64,000 bases of DNA. It comes from an uncultured Pelagibacteraceae bacterium. GTDB taxonomy: Bacteria > Pseudomonadota > Alphaproteobacteria > Pelagibacterales > Pelagibacteraceae. Position 1 is the stretch's first letter. Each line of letters starts with the position of its first letter. The position numbers were made by a program, and so were the translations under genes. The stretch is taken from NCBI GenBank assembly GCA_902630065.1, contig CACOTF010000001.1, forward strand, positions 133,854-197,853, read 5' to 3'. Below are positions 19,473 to 28,938 of this stretch, in pieces. Below the pieces are notes generated by a model that was not told the DNA's origin, searched no databases, and worked only from the letters and a program-made list of their open reading frames with translations.

Positions 19473-21506
19473 TTGAAAAACAATTGGTCAGATACCGTAG
19501 CTAAAAAGTATATAAAAAAGTATAAGAAATTAGGTCATTCTGAAGATATGGCTTTAAGAGTTTATACAACTAGGCTTTTAGGAAGAAATCCAGAATTAGT
19601 ATTGCATGGTGGTGGAAATACTTCAGTTAAGACTAGAATCAAAGATATAGATGGCAAATATTACGATGTTCTTTGCGTAAAAGGCAGTGGATGGGATATG
19701 GCTGAAATTGAACCAGCAGGCCTACCAGCTGTTAAATTAGATCCGTTGCTTACTATGAAAAAAAAGAAAATACTTTCAGACGACGACATGGTTGCATTTC
19801 AAAAAAAAAATTTAATAGATACAAAATCACCTAATCCATCAGTTGAAACTTTTTTACATGCATTTTTGCCATATAAATTTGTTGATCATACTCATTCAGA
19901 TGCAATTATGAAAATCACTAATAGACCAAATGGAGAAATGCTATCAAAAAAAATATTTGGTAAAAAGACTGCAATAGTACCTTATGTAATGCCTGGATTT
20001 AAATTAGCACAAAAAATAAATGAAATTTATTCTAAAAACCCAAATATAAATTGTTTAATTTTATTAAACCATGGAATTTTCACATTTGCAAATAATGCAA
20101 AAGATGCATACAGTTTAATGATAAAGTATATATCCGATGCTGAAAAAACTTTAACCAAACTAAAAAAGAAAAAAATAAAACAGATCAAGAAAACTAAATT
20201 TAATTTTTCAACAGCAGACATAGCTCCTATATTGAGAGGTCTTTTATCTGAAAAAAATGATAACAAATTTATCTTAAATTTTAAAAAAAATAATAAGTTA
20301 GATTATTTTATTAATGGTAAAGATATAAATAGATATTCAAATGAAGGAACAGCTACTCCTGATCATGTGATAAGAGTTAAACCATTTCCTTTAATAATAT
20401 CACCAAAACCAAAATGTAGTTTGGATGAATTTAAAAATTTAGCTGAAAAAAAATTTAAAGAATACCGGCAAAAATATAAAAAATATTTTGATGTAAACAA
20501 GAAAAAAACAAAAGAAAAAAAGGTGATGCTTGATACATCTCCTAGAGTGATACTTGTTCAGAATTTTGGTTTATTTACCGTAGGTGACAGTTTAAAAGCT
20601 GCAAAAATTGCAGGAGATTTAACTCAAACTAATGCCAATGTAATTTCAAGTGTTGAAGAGACATCCAGATATAAATTCTTATCAAAAAAAGACTTATTTG
20701 ATGTCGAGTATTGGTCCTTAGAACAATCAAAATTAAACAAAGCAAAAAAGGAATTACAAGGCAACGTTGTTGTTATCACCGGTAGCACTGGTGAAATTGG
20801 TAAAGCAACTTATAAATTATTTAAAAAATATGGAGCTGAAGTTGTTTTACTTGATATTAATAAAAGTAAGATAAATGATTTACAGACTAAAATAAGCGAT
20901 CTTTGTATTCACTGTGATGTAACCAACAAACAAAGTGTAAAAAAAGCATTTAGTAAAATTTTGGAAATTTATGGAGGTGTAGACATTTTAATATCAAATG
21001 CAGGCACTGCTATTGGTGGATCAATTGCAGAAGTTAATGATGAAATACTTCGAAAAAGTTTCGAAGATAATTTTTTCTCACATCAAAATTGTGCTTCAGA
21101 GGCTGTAAAAATTATGAAAAAACAAAATATAAATGGATGTTTGTTATTTAATATATCTAAGCAATCAGTTAATCCTGGTAAAAATTTTGGACCATATGGA
21201 TTGCCTAAGTCTGCGCTTCTAAATTTGTGTAAACAATATGCAGTTGATTATGGACACCTTGGTATTAGATCAAATGGTGTTAATGCTGATAGAATAAGAA
21301 GTGGTCTATTAAATGATAAAATGATTAAACAAAGAGCAAAAGCTAGAGAAGTAACCACGGATCAATATATGAGTGGTAATCTACTGTTAAGCGAAGTTAA
21401 AGCAGATGATGTGGCTAAAGCTTTTTATCACCTTGCTATATCAAAAAAATCAACAGGTGCTGTTTTAACTGTTGATGGTGGAAATATTGCAGCATCTTTG
21501 CGATAG
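19473..21506 (+). CDS. Bifunctional class II aldolase / short-chain dehydrogenase
   Basis: GGGNTSVK, KGSG, PSVETFLH, DHTH and NHG (aldolase); TGSTGEIG, NAG, YGLPK and VDGG (SDR); TTG start. Confidence 0.9.
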   Translation: MKNNWSDTVAKKYIKKYKKLGHSEDMALRVYTTRLLGRNPELVLHGGGNTSVKTRIKDIDGKYYDVLCVKGSGWDMAEIEPAGLPAVKLDPLLTMKKKKILSDDDMVAFQKKNLIDTKSPNPSVETFLHAFLPYKFVDHTHSDAIMKITNRPNGEMLSKKIFGKKTAIVPYVMPGFKLAQKINEIYSKNPNINCLILLNHGIFTFANNAKDAYSLMIKYISDAEKTLTKLKKKKIKQIKKTKFNFSTADIAPILRGLLSEKNDNKFILNFKKNNKLDYFINGKDINRYSNEGTATPDHVIRVKPFPLIISPKPKCSLDEFKNLAEKKFKEYRQKYKKYFDVNKKKTKEKKVMLDTSPRVILVQNFGLFTVGDSLKAAKIAGDLTQTNANVISSVEETSRYKFLSKKDLFDVEYWSLEQSKLNKAKKELQGNVVVITGSTGEIGKATYKLFKKYGAEVVLLDINKSKINDLQTKISDLCIHCDVTNKQSVKKAFSKILEIYGGVDILISNAGTAIGGSIAEVNDEILRKSFEDNFFSHQNCASEAVKIMKKQNINGCLLFNISKQSVNPGKNFGPYGLPKSALLNLCKQYAVDYGHLGIRSNGVNADRIRSGLLNDKMIKQRAKAREVTTDQYMSGNLLLSEVKADDVAKAFYHLAISKKSTGAVLTVDGGNIAASLR

Positions 21507-21523
21507 TTTTAACAATTTTATTC

Positions 21524-21552
21524 TTGCAATTTATAATTTTTGTCTTCAAAAT
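21524..21552 (+). promoter_or_regulatory. Possible sigma70 promoter for trpB2
   Basis: TTGCAA-17 nt-CAAAAT; weak evidence in AT-rich DNA. Confidence 0.25.
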
Positions 21553-21566
21553 TAAGAATATAAAAA

Positions 21567-22928
21567 ATGACTGATACAATTAAATATTTTCTTGAAGAAA
21601 GCAAAATGCCTAAAACTTGGTATAATATTGCTGCTGATTTACCAAAACCAATGGAGCCACCTCTTCATCCGGGTACTTTAAAACCCATTGGTCCTGATGA
21701 TTTAGCTCCGTTGTTTCCTATGGCTTTAATTGGTCAAGAAGTTTCTCAAGATAGAGAGATAGAAATCCCTGAACCAGTAAGACAAATTTACAAACAGTGG
21801 AGACCATCTCCTTTATATAGAGCAAGAAAATTAGAAAAGCATTTAGATACTCCTGCAAAAATTTATTATAAATATGAAGGCGTTAGTCCTTCAGGTAGTC
21901 ATAAACCTAATACTGCTGTTGCTCAAGCATTTTACAATAAAGAGGAAGGCACAAAAAAAATTACAACTGAAACAGGTGCTGGACAGTGGGGAACTTCATT
22001 AGCATTTGCATGTAAATTATTTGGAATTGAATTAGACGTATACATGGTAAAAGTAAGTTTTGAACAAAAACCTTATAGAAAACTTGTTATGCAAACATAT
22101 GGGGCAAGATGTGTTGCTAGTCCATCTAATGAAACAGATAGTGGTAAAGCAATATTAGCTAAAGATCCAGATAACACTGGTAGTTTAGGTATAGCAATAT
22201 CTGAAGCAGTTGAGATGGCAGCAAAAAATCCAGATACAAAATATGCATTAGGCAGTGTATTAAATCATGTCTTAATGCACCAAACTATTGTTGGTAATGA
22301 AGCATTGTTACAAATGGAAATGGCAGATGACTATCCTGACATTTTAGTTGGTTGTACAGGTGGAGGAAGTAATTTTTCAGGTTTAGCAAATCCATTTTTA
22401 GGTAAAAATTTTAGAGAAGGTAAAAAAACAAGAGTGATAGCTTGTGAACCTAAGTCATGCCCTACATTAACAGAGGGTAAATATGTATATGATTTTGGTG
22501 ATACAGGAAAATTAACACCATTAGTAAAAATGCATACACTTGGGTCTCAATTTATACCACCAGCAACACACTCTGGAGGCTTGAGATATCATGGTATGGC
22601 TCCTTTAGTGAGTCATTTAAAAGAAATAAATGCCCTTGAAGCTAAAGCTTATGGTCAAAAAGAATGTTTCGAAGCTGGTGTAAATTTTGCAAGAACTGAA
22701 GGAATTGTTCCAGCACCAGAAGCTACTCATGCTGTTAAGGGAGCTATAGATGCTGCTTTAGAATGTAAGAAAAATGGAGAGTCTAAAACAATTTTATTCA
22801 ACTTATGTGGTCATGGTCATTTTGATATGAAAGCATACGGAGATTACTTCGAGGGAAATTTAGCAGAAGATAAGTTTGATAAAGGTAGTATGGATAAAGC
22901 TCTTGAGGACTTACCGAAAATTGCATAG
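21567..22928 (+). CDS. trpB2: TrpB2-type PLP enzyme (stand-alone tryptophan synthase beta)
   Basis: 453 aa; PKTWYNI, GSHKPNTA (PLP Lys), TETGAGQWG, GGGSNF and GGLRYHG; no trpA nearby. Confidence 0.9.
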   Translation: MTDTIKYFLEESKMPKTWYNIAADLPKPMEPPLHPGTLKPIGPDDLAPLFPMALIGQEVSQDREIEIPEPVRQIYKQWRPSPLYRARKLEKHLDTPAKIYYKYEGVSPSGSHKPNTAVAQAFYNKEEGTKKITTETGAGQWGTSLAFACKLFGIELDVYMVKVSFEQKPYRKLVMQTYGARCVASPSNETDSGKAILAKDPDNTGSLGIAISEAVEMAAKNPDTKYALGSVLNHVLMHQTIVGNEALLQMEMADDYPDILVGCTGGGSNFSGLANPFLGKNFREGKKTRVIACEPKSCPTLTEGKYVYDFGDTGKLTPLVKMHTLGSQFIPPATHSGGLRYHGMAPLVSHLKEINALEAKAYGQKECFEAGVNFARTEGIVPAPEATHAVKGAIDAALECKKNGESKTILFNLCGHGHFDMKAYGDYFEGNLAEDKFDKGSMDKALEDLPKIA

Positions 22929-22933
22929 TTATT

Positions 22934-24034
22934 TTGAGTCTCATAACACCATTTAGAGGAATAAGACCACAGGTTAAGTTTGCTAAAAAAATCTCATCAC
23001 CAAATATAAGTTACTTAAATAATTTTAAATTTAGCAAAGACAAAAACTTTCTTAATATTTTAAATAATCCAAATATATCTTATGCAAACAAAATATTTAA
23101 AGAATTAGAAAAAAATAAAATCATATTTCAAGACAAAAAAGATAACTATTATCTTTATAAAATATCATTTAAAAAAAAATACTTGTTAGGAATAGTAGGT
23201 AAAATAAATTTAAAAAACTACGACGACAAAAAAATTTTAGGACATGAAGAGACTTTTCCTGAAAGAATAAAAAAAAGAAAACAACAGTTAATAAAGTTTA
23301 ATACACAAATTAGTCCAATATATACTACATATAAGTTAAATAAGTTGTCTTTATCAACTTTAAAAAAACTTTTTAAATTTAAACCTAATTATGAATTTAT
23401 TTCAAATGATAAATGTAAACACGAATTATGGGTAATTGAAGATAAAGATAAACAGACTAAAGTACAAAAATATTTAAATAAAATTAAAAAATTATACATT
23501 TGTGATGGACATCATAGACTTCAAGCGATGTTAAAAAGTAAAGAAAAAATTTCACCTATGATTATAGCTTTTCCAGATAAGCAAGTTGAAATATTGGATT
23601 ACAATAGAGTCATACAATCAAATTTAAATTTTAAACAAATACATAATATAATTTCAAAATACTTTTCTATTAAAATAAAGAAAACTAAAAAACTAAAAAA
23701 AAATGAAATTGGAATGTATATAAATAATACATGGTATATTATTAAATACCTAAAAAAATCCAAAGATTTAGATATTACAATTCTTAAAAAATTTATTATT
23801 GATAAAATTTTAAAAAATAAAAAAAATATAAAGTATGTATCTGGTATTAAAGGAGATGTTATATTAAAAAAACTTGTTAATTCAGGTAAATTTAATGTTG
23901 CATTTAAATTAAATCCTACAAATCTTTTACAAGTAATGTCTTTTGCTGAGAAGAAAAAGTATATGCCTCAAAAATCCACTTGGTTTCATCCAAAACCGCT
24001 TGATGGTTTAATATTGTCAAAAGTTATTTCTTAA
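22934..24034 (+). CDS. DUF1015 family protein (ParB/Srx-like fold)
   Basis: PFRGIRP, HEET, YICDGHHR and MPQKSTWFHPK motifs. Confidence 0.88.
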   Translation: MSLITPFRGIRPQVKFAKKISSPNISYLNNFKFSKDKNFLNILNNPNISYANKIFKELEKNKIIFQDKKDNYYLYKISFKKKYLLGIVGKINLKNYDDKKILGHEETFPERIKKRKQQLIKFNTQISPIYTTYKLNKLSLSTLKKLFKFKPNYEFISNDKCKHELWVIEDKDKQTKVQKYLNKIKKLYICDGHHRLQAMLKSKEKISPMIIAFPDKQVEILDYNRVIQSNLNFKQIHNIISKYFSIKIKKTKKLKKNEIGMYINNTWYIIKYLKKSKDLDITILKKFIIDKILKNKKNIKYVSGIKGDVILKKLVNSGKFNVAFKLNPTNLLQVMSFAEKKKYMPQKSTWFHPKPLDGLILSKVIS

Positions 24035-25103
24035 ATAAGTTTTCTAATCCTTCAGTTGAAGCATTACAAACTCCTTTTTCTGTTATTAATGCAGTAACAT
24101 ATTTAGCAGGTGTTACATCAAAGGCTAAATTTAATGATTTGCTTTTTTCGGGATATATTAAAACTTTATCCACTTTATTATCTTTGTTAATTCCATCCAC
24201 ATGAGAAAGTTCTTTTGGATCTCTTTCTTCTATAGGAATATCTTTTGCGTTTTTTAAATTCCAATCTATCGTTGAACTTGGTAAAGCTACGTAAAAAGGT
24301 ACCTTATTATCATGAGCTGCAAGAGCTTTTAAATAGGTTCCAATTTTATTGCACACATCTCCGTTAGATAATGTTCTATCTGTTCCAACAATACACATAT
24401 CAACCTGTCCTCTTTGCATTAATATTCCACCTGTATTATCTGCTATAATTGTATTTGGAATTTCTTCTTCATTAAGTTCATATGATGTAAGGTTTGCTCC
24501 TTGATTTCTTGGTCTAGTTTCATCTACCCAAACATGTATAGGTATTCCTTTTTTATGTGCATGATAAATAGGAGAAGTTGCTGTTCCCCAATCTATTGTA
24601 GCTAACCAACCTGCATTACAATGTGTGAGAATATTGACGGTATCTTTCTTTTTATTATATATATCTTCAATAATATTTAATCCATTTTTACCAATACTTT
24701 CACAAAATCCCTCATCCTCTTTACAAATTTCTTTAGCTTCATTGAGTGCAACATTAAATAAATCTCCAGGTTCAACAAATGACAATTTGTTATTCATTCT
24801 ATGAACTGCCCACTGAAGATTTATTGCTGTTGGTCTAGATGCAACTAATTTCTCTGAACTTTTTTTTATAAAATCTAAACTGTTATTTTCTTTTATAGCT
24901 AAAACCAATCCAAATGCAGCTGTACCTCCGATTAATGGAGCACCTCTCACTTCCATTGTTTTTATAGCATTTATCGCGTCTTTAACTGAATTTAATTCTT
25001 TTATTATAAACTTATGTGGAAGCTTTGTTTGATCTATTATTTTTACAACCTGTTTTTCTTCATCAAACCAAATTGTTTTATATTTAACACCATTAATTTT
25101 CAT
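24024..25103 (-). CDS. mtnA: Methylthioribose-1-phosphate isomerase
   Basis: DQTKLP, VRGAPLIG, SRPTAINL, THCNAGWLAT, ETRP and NKIGTY motifs. Confidence 0.95.
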   Translation of the reverse strand: MKINGVKYKTIWFDEEKQVVKIIDQTKLPHKFIIKELNSVKDAINAIKTMEVRGAPLIGGTAAFGLVLAIKENNSLDFIKKSSEKLVASRPTAINLQWAVHRMNNKLSFVEPGDLFNVALNEAKEICKEDEGFCESIGKNGLNIIEDIYNKKKDTVNILTHCNAGWLATIDWGTATSPIYHAHKKGIPIHVWVDETRPRNQGANLTSYELNEEEIPNTIIADNTGGILMQRGQVDMCIVGTDRTLSNGDVCNKIGTYLKALAAHDNKVPFYVALPSSTIDWNLKNAKDIPIEERDPKELSHVDGINKDNKVDKVLIYPEKSKSLNLAFDVTPAKYVTALITEKGVCNASTEGLENLFKK

Positions 25104-25972
25104 TAAGTAAGAACTCTTCCTGCAATTGTTTTTAATTTATCTTTAGTTTTTTGAGTTCTTTTTTCTGGAGCAGTAATTATTGCTACATCTAAGCAATTAT
25201 TAGTTGGATCCTTAGGATCAATGTGATTTTCAAAGTTCTCTATCAAATTTTTAATCATGTTTTTTGCTTTCGCTGCATTATCTAAGAGTACTTTTATAAC
25301 TTGTTGAACATCCACATTTTCATGATCTGGATGCCAGCAATCATAATCTGTTACCATTGAAACTGAAGCATATCTAATTTCTGCTTCTCTTGCTAGTTTA
25401 GCTTCTGGCATATTTGTCATTCCAATAACATCTGCTTTCCATGATCTATATAGGTTTGACTCTGCTAATGTAGAAAATTGTGGACCTTCCATTACAACAT
25501 AAGTTCCACCTCTTTGATAAGGTATGCTTTCTTTTTTTATAGCATCTTCGCAAGCATTCATCAGCCCATTTGAGGTTGGGTGTGCCATTGATACATGTGC
25601 AACAATCTCATCATCAAAAAAAGTTTTGTATCTTGCAAAAGTTCTATCAATGAATTGATCAACGATAACAAATTTACCTGGAGGCAAATCTTCCTTTAAA
25701 GATCCAACTGCTGAAACAGAAACTATATCTGTGATACCTAGTTGTTTAAGAGCATCTATATTTGCTCTAAAATTTATTTTTGATGGAGAAATAAAATGAC
25801 CTTTTCCATGTCTTGGTAAAAAAAAAATTTCTTTATTATTATATTCAGCTTTTAATATTAAATCTGAGGGTTTTCCCCAAGGAGTGTTTAAATCTAAAGT
25901 TTCTCTATCTTTAAACTCTTCAACATCATATAGGCCACTTCCACCAATAATTGCTAATTTATTATTTGCCAT
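25103..25972 (-). CDS. mtnP: Methylthioadenosine phosphorylase
   Basis: IIGGSGLY, RHG, EGPQFSTLAES, GMT and TDYDCWH motifs. Confidence 0.95.
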   Translation of the reverse strand: MANNKLAIIGGSGLYDVEEFKDRETLDLNTPWGKPSDLILKAEYNNKEIFFLPRHGKGHFISPSKINFRANIDALKQLGITDIVSVSAVGSLKEDLPPGKFVIVDQFIDRTFARYKTFFDDEIVAHVSMAHPTSNGLMNACEDAIKKESIPYQRGGTYVVMEGPQFSTLAESNLYRSWKADVIGMTNMPEAKLAREAEIRYASVSMVTDYDCWHPDHENVDVQQVIKVLLDNAAKAKNMIKNLIENFENHIDPKDPTNNCLDVAIITAPEKRTQKTKDKLKTIAGRVLT

Positions 25973-26000
25973 AATACGTTTTAGATTATAATTAAGTTTT

Positions 26001-26528
26001 ATGGATTTAAAAGAACATATTAGATCAATTCAAGACTATCCTAAAAAGGGAATTCTATTTAGAGACATCACAACTCTCATAAAAAATGAAAAAGCATTTA
26101 AAGAATGTATTGATCAAATAGTAGAGAGATCAAAAAAATTTAATTTTGATAAAATAGCAGCTGTAGAATCTAGGGGTTTTGTATTTGCTTCTGCTATTTC
26201 ATACATCTTAGATAAGCCATTTATAATGTTAAGAAAAAAAAATAAACTACCCGCTGAGGTACATTCTGTTGATTTTGAGCTAGAATATGGAACGGCTACA
26301 ATTGAAGTTCATAAAGACTCATTTAATGAAAGCGATAATGTATTAATTATTGATGACTTAATTGCAACTGGAGGTACTGCTGAAGCTGCAGCTAAACTAA
26401 TAGAAATATCAAAAAGCAAGGTTGCAGGATTTATTTTTGTAATTAATTTGTTTGATCTTGGTGGTACTGATAATCTTTTAAAAAAAGGATATAAAGTTGA
26501 AAATCTTTTAGATTTTCCTGGTCATTGA
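26001..26528 (+). CDS. apt: Adenine phosphoribosyltransferase
   Basis: GILFRDIT, ESRGF, LEYG and IDDLIATGGT motifs. Confidence 0.96.
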   Translation: MDLKEHIRSIQDYPKKGILFRDITTLIKNEKAFKECIDQIVERSKKFNFDKIAAVESRGFVFASAISYILDKPFIMLRKKNKLPAEVHSVDFELEYGTATIEVHKDSFNESDNVLIIDDLIATGGTAEAAAKLIEISKSKVAGFIFVINLFDLGGTDNLLKKGYKVENLLDFPGH

Positions 26529-26605
26529 TGGTAGCGGGAAGTGGGATCGAACCACTGACCTCGGGCTTATGAGTCCCGCGCTCTAACCAACTGAGCTACC
26601 CCGCC
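26529..26605 (-). tRNA. tRNA with CAT anticodon (probably elongator Met)
   Basis: GGCGGGGTAGCTCAGTTGGTTAGAGCGCGGGACTCATAAGCCCGAGGTCAGTGGTTCGATCCCACTTCCCGCTACCA; 77 nt, encoded CCA; lacks initiator features; Ile2 not fully excluded. Confidence 0.93.
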
Positions 26606-26620
26606 GTAAATAATTGTTGG

Positions 26621-26648
26621 TTTATACTACTTTTATTTTTTGATGCAA
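26621..26648 (-). promoter_or_regulatory. Possible sigma70 promoter of the tRNA
   Basis: TTGCAT-16 nt-TATAAA ending 15 nt before the tRNA 5' end. Confidence 0.4.
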
Positions 26649-26656
26649 ACAAGATT

Positions 26657-26770
26657 TCACTTACTCTTTTTCTTATCTTTTTTAATTTTTCTTTTTTCCT
26701 TAAGAGAAAGTTTGGCTTTTTTCATTACACTAGAGTCTTTAAATGATTTACCGCTATATCTTTTTGACAT
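26657..26770 (-). CDS. Small Lys-rich protein, 37 aa (not in ORF track)
   Basis: MSKRYSGKSFKDSSVMKKAKLSLKEKRKIKKDKKKSK; ATG directly follows the upstream stop. Confidence 0.5.
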   Translation of the reverse strand: MSKRYSGKSFKDSSVMKKAKLSLKEKRKIKKDKKKSK

Positions 26771-27220
26771 TTAGTTAATTTGTTCAAAGAACTTATCTTT
26801 TAGTTGGTAGGTAAAAGGATATTCTTTTCCAAGTGGTTGAAATTTAGTTTTAATTACTATTACGTTTTGCTTATCAAGTTTAAATTTCCATGTTAATTTG
26901 ATATCTCCTGAAAAAACTCTTAATTTACCTAAGTTTGTAAATCTCCATCCATCTTCTGAAATGACGTTTCCATCTTGGTATCTTTTATAATTTTTTTCAT
27001 CAAATATATAAGTTACAACACCTTGATTTCTCTCATCTTCCAATGTTATTGCATAATTATTTAAAAATTCTGCAGTTTGTGATTTATTCAAACTTTTCTT
27101 AGATATAGATTTTAAAAAGTCAGTGGTTTTATCAATAGTTTCATCTATTTTATCTTTAGCTATCGAAATCGATGATAAGAATAAAGAAATAAAAAGGATA
27201 CTAAATATATTTTTGATCAT
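26771..27220 (-). CDS. Hypothetical exported protein
   Basis: 149 aa with N-terminal signal peptide. Confidence 0.7.
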   Translation of the reverse strand: MIKNIFSILFISLFLSSISIAKDKIDETIDKTTDFLKSISKKSLNKSQTAEFLNNYAITLEDERNQGVVTYIFDEKNYKRYQDGNVISEDGWRFTNLGKLRVFSGDIKLTWKFKLDKQNVIVIKTKFQPLGKEYPFTYQLKDKFFEQIN

Positions 27221-27226
27221 ATTTAT

Positions 27227-28150
27227 TTAATTTAATAAATTTATTGTAAATAAAAAGGTAAATATTGAAGCAAATGTTGAAATAAATATTGCCTTAATAA
27301 TATTTTCTGGACTTACATTATACGCAGAACACATAACAATTGAGGTAGCTCCACAAGGACCAACACTAACCAACAAAGCTCCGGCAAAATTGATTGGATT
27401 TGATAAGCTAAAAAATGTGTACCCTAAAATTAGCAAAATCAGTGGTGATATAATAAGTTTTAATATTGAAATAGTAATTGTTAATTTATTGAAAACTTTT
27501 TTTGAGTAAAAAGATAGAATAATACCAATTGCAAATAACCCAACTGGCATCACACACGCTGCAAGTCTTTGGAGAATATACTCAAATGGAGTGTCGTCTA
27601 TATTGATCTTTGAAATTCTTATAATCAATCCAATTAATATTGCTAATATCATCGGATTTAATATTAAATTTCTTAAAAACTGAAATAATTTGATTCTCTT
27701 TTTTACAGTAAGTTCTAAAAAGAAACTAACTATGGATATTAAAACTACACTATCCATTAAAATAATACCTGATATTTGAGTTATCGTACTCCCTGCAAAG
27801 AAAATTTCTGCAATAGGTAAAACTAATATTACGTGATTAGATAAAGCAACTGTTAAAGCCCAAATAATTGACTCTTGAATTGATCTTTTGAAAGTATTTT
27901 TAGTTAATAAAAAAGCAATTATTCCACTCGTTAATTGCATTAAAAAATATGATGAAATTTGAGACACATCTATTTCCCCAACATCACTTTGTGCAACTAG
28001 TTTTATGATTAAAGCTGGTACCGCTATATAAAATGAAAATAAATTAAATATTCTAGCCTTTTGTAAATCAAATATTTTAATATATCCTAAAAGATAACCT
28101 ATAAGCGTAATGCCTATAAATGGTGTTAATCCTAGAAATACCTGAAACAT
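27227..28150 (-). CDS. AEC (auxin efflux carrier) family transporter
   Basis: About 10 TM segments; LNPMILA, PVGLFAIG and KLIISP motifs. Confidence 0.85.
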   Translation of the reverse strand: MFQVFLGLTPFIGITLIGYLLGYIKIFDLQKARIFNLFSFYIAVPALIIKLVAQSDVGEIDVSQISSYFLMQLTSGIIAFLLTKNTFKRSIQESIIWALTVALSNHVILVLPIAEIFFAGSTITQISGIILMDSVVLISIVSFFLELTVKKRIKLFQFLRNLILNPMILAILIGLIIRISKINIDDTPFEYILQRLAACVMPVGLFAIGIILSFYSKKVFNKLTITISILKLIISPLILLILGYTFFSLSNPINFAGALLVSVGPCGATSIVMCSAYNVSPENIIKAIFISTFASIFTFLFTINLLN

Positions 28151-28938
28151 TATTGGACAGTAATTCTATGCATAATTCTATTACCTTTAAAGGCCGTTGC
28201 TTGATGTAGCATAGATCTGTTATCCCAAATGGCTAATTGGTTCTTTTCCCATTCTAAAGAATATTGAAAGCTTTTTTTTAATTGGTGTTTAAATAAATAA
28301 GTTTTTAATTTTTTATCAATTTTGCTGTTATTAAAACGAATAAAGTGTCCAGGACTACAGTATAAAGTATATTTACTATTTATTTTTCTTATTAATTTAT
28401 GCTTTGAAATAAGTTCTTTAGCTTTTTTTCCCTTTTCTTTCTCTCTTTCTAATCTTGTTACAGAAATAGGTCCTTCAGAAGAAAATATACATTTTTCGTC
28501 TTTCAACTTTCTTTTAAAGTTTGCTGGTAATTTCTCATAAGCTAAATATTGGGAACAAAAATCTGTGTTTGCCTGACCTTTTTTTGGAACTAATTTAGAA
28601 AGCAACATAGTAAATCTAGGCGGTTTTTTAGTATAAATTGAATCAGTATGAAATTGCTCTCCAAAACTAGGGCCTTTGTCAGTAGATTTTCTTTGAACAA
28701 CAGTTATTTGAGGATATTTTTTATTCAATCCTTTAAGTCTTGGATAATTTGCAAGTTTTCCAAATTTTTTTGCAAATTTTACATAATGATCAGAGCTTAA
28801 TTTTTGGTTTCTAAAATAAATCATTCCATATTTTAAGAGAGCAGATTTTATTTTTTTTAATGTAGAATTATTAATTTTATTTAAATCACAGACTAATTCT
28901 GCACCTATATTTTTTTTATTAGGAATAATTTTAAGCAT
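28150..28938 (-). CDS. TauD/TfdA family Fe(II)/2-oxoglutarate dioxygenase
   Basis: FRNQ, HTD (HxD), WDNRSMLH and terminal R.MHR motifs. Confidence 0.88.
   Translation of the reverse strand: MLKIIPNKKNIGAELVCDLNKINNSTLKKIKSALLKYGMIYFRNQKLSSDHYVKFAKKFGKLANYPRLKGLNKKYPQITVVQRKSTDKGPSFGEQFHTDSIYTKKPPRFTMLLSKLVPKKGQANTDFCSQYLAYEKLPANFKRKLKDEKCIFSSEGPISVTRLEREKEKGKKAKELISKHKLIRKINSKYTLYCSPGHFIRFNNSKIDKKLKTYLFKHQLKKSFQYSLEWEKNQLAIWDNRSMLHQATAFKGNRIMHRITVQ

Noticed and set aside
19473-21506. Rhamnose catabolism (rhaD-like)
   Set aside because: No rhamnose isomerase, kinase or transporter nearby; context is MTA salvage
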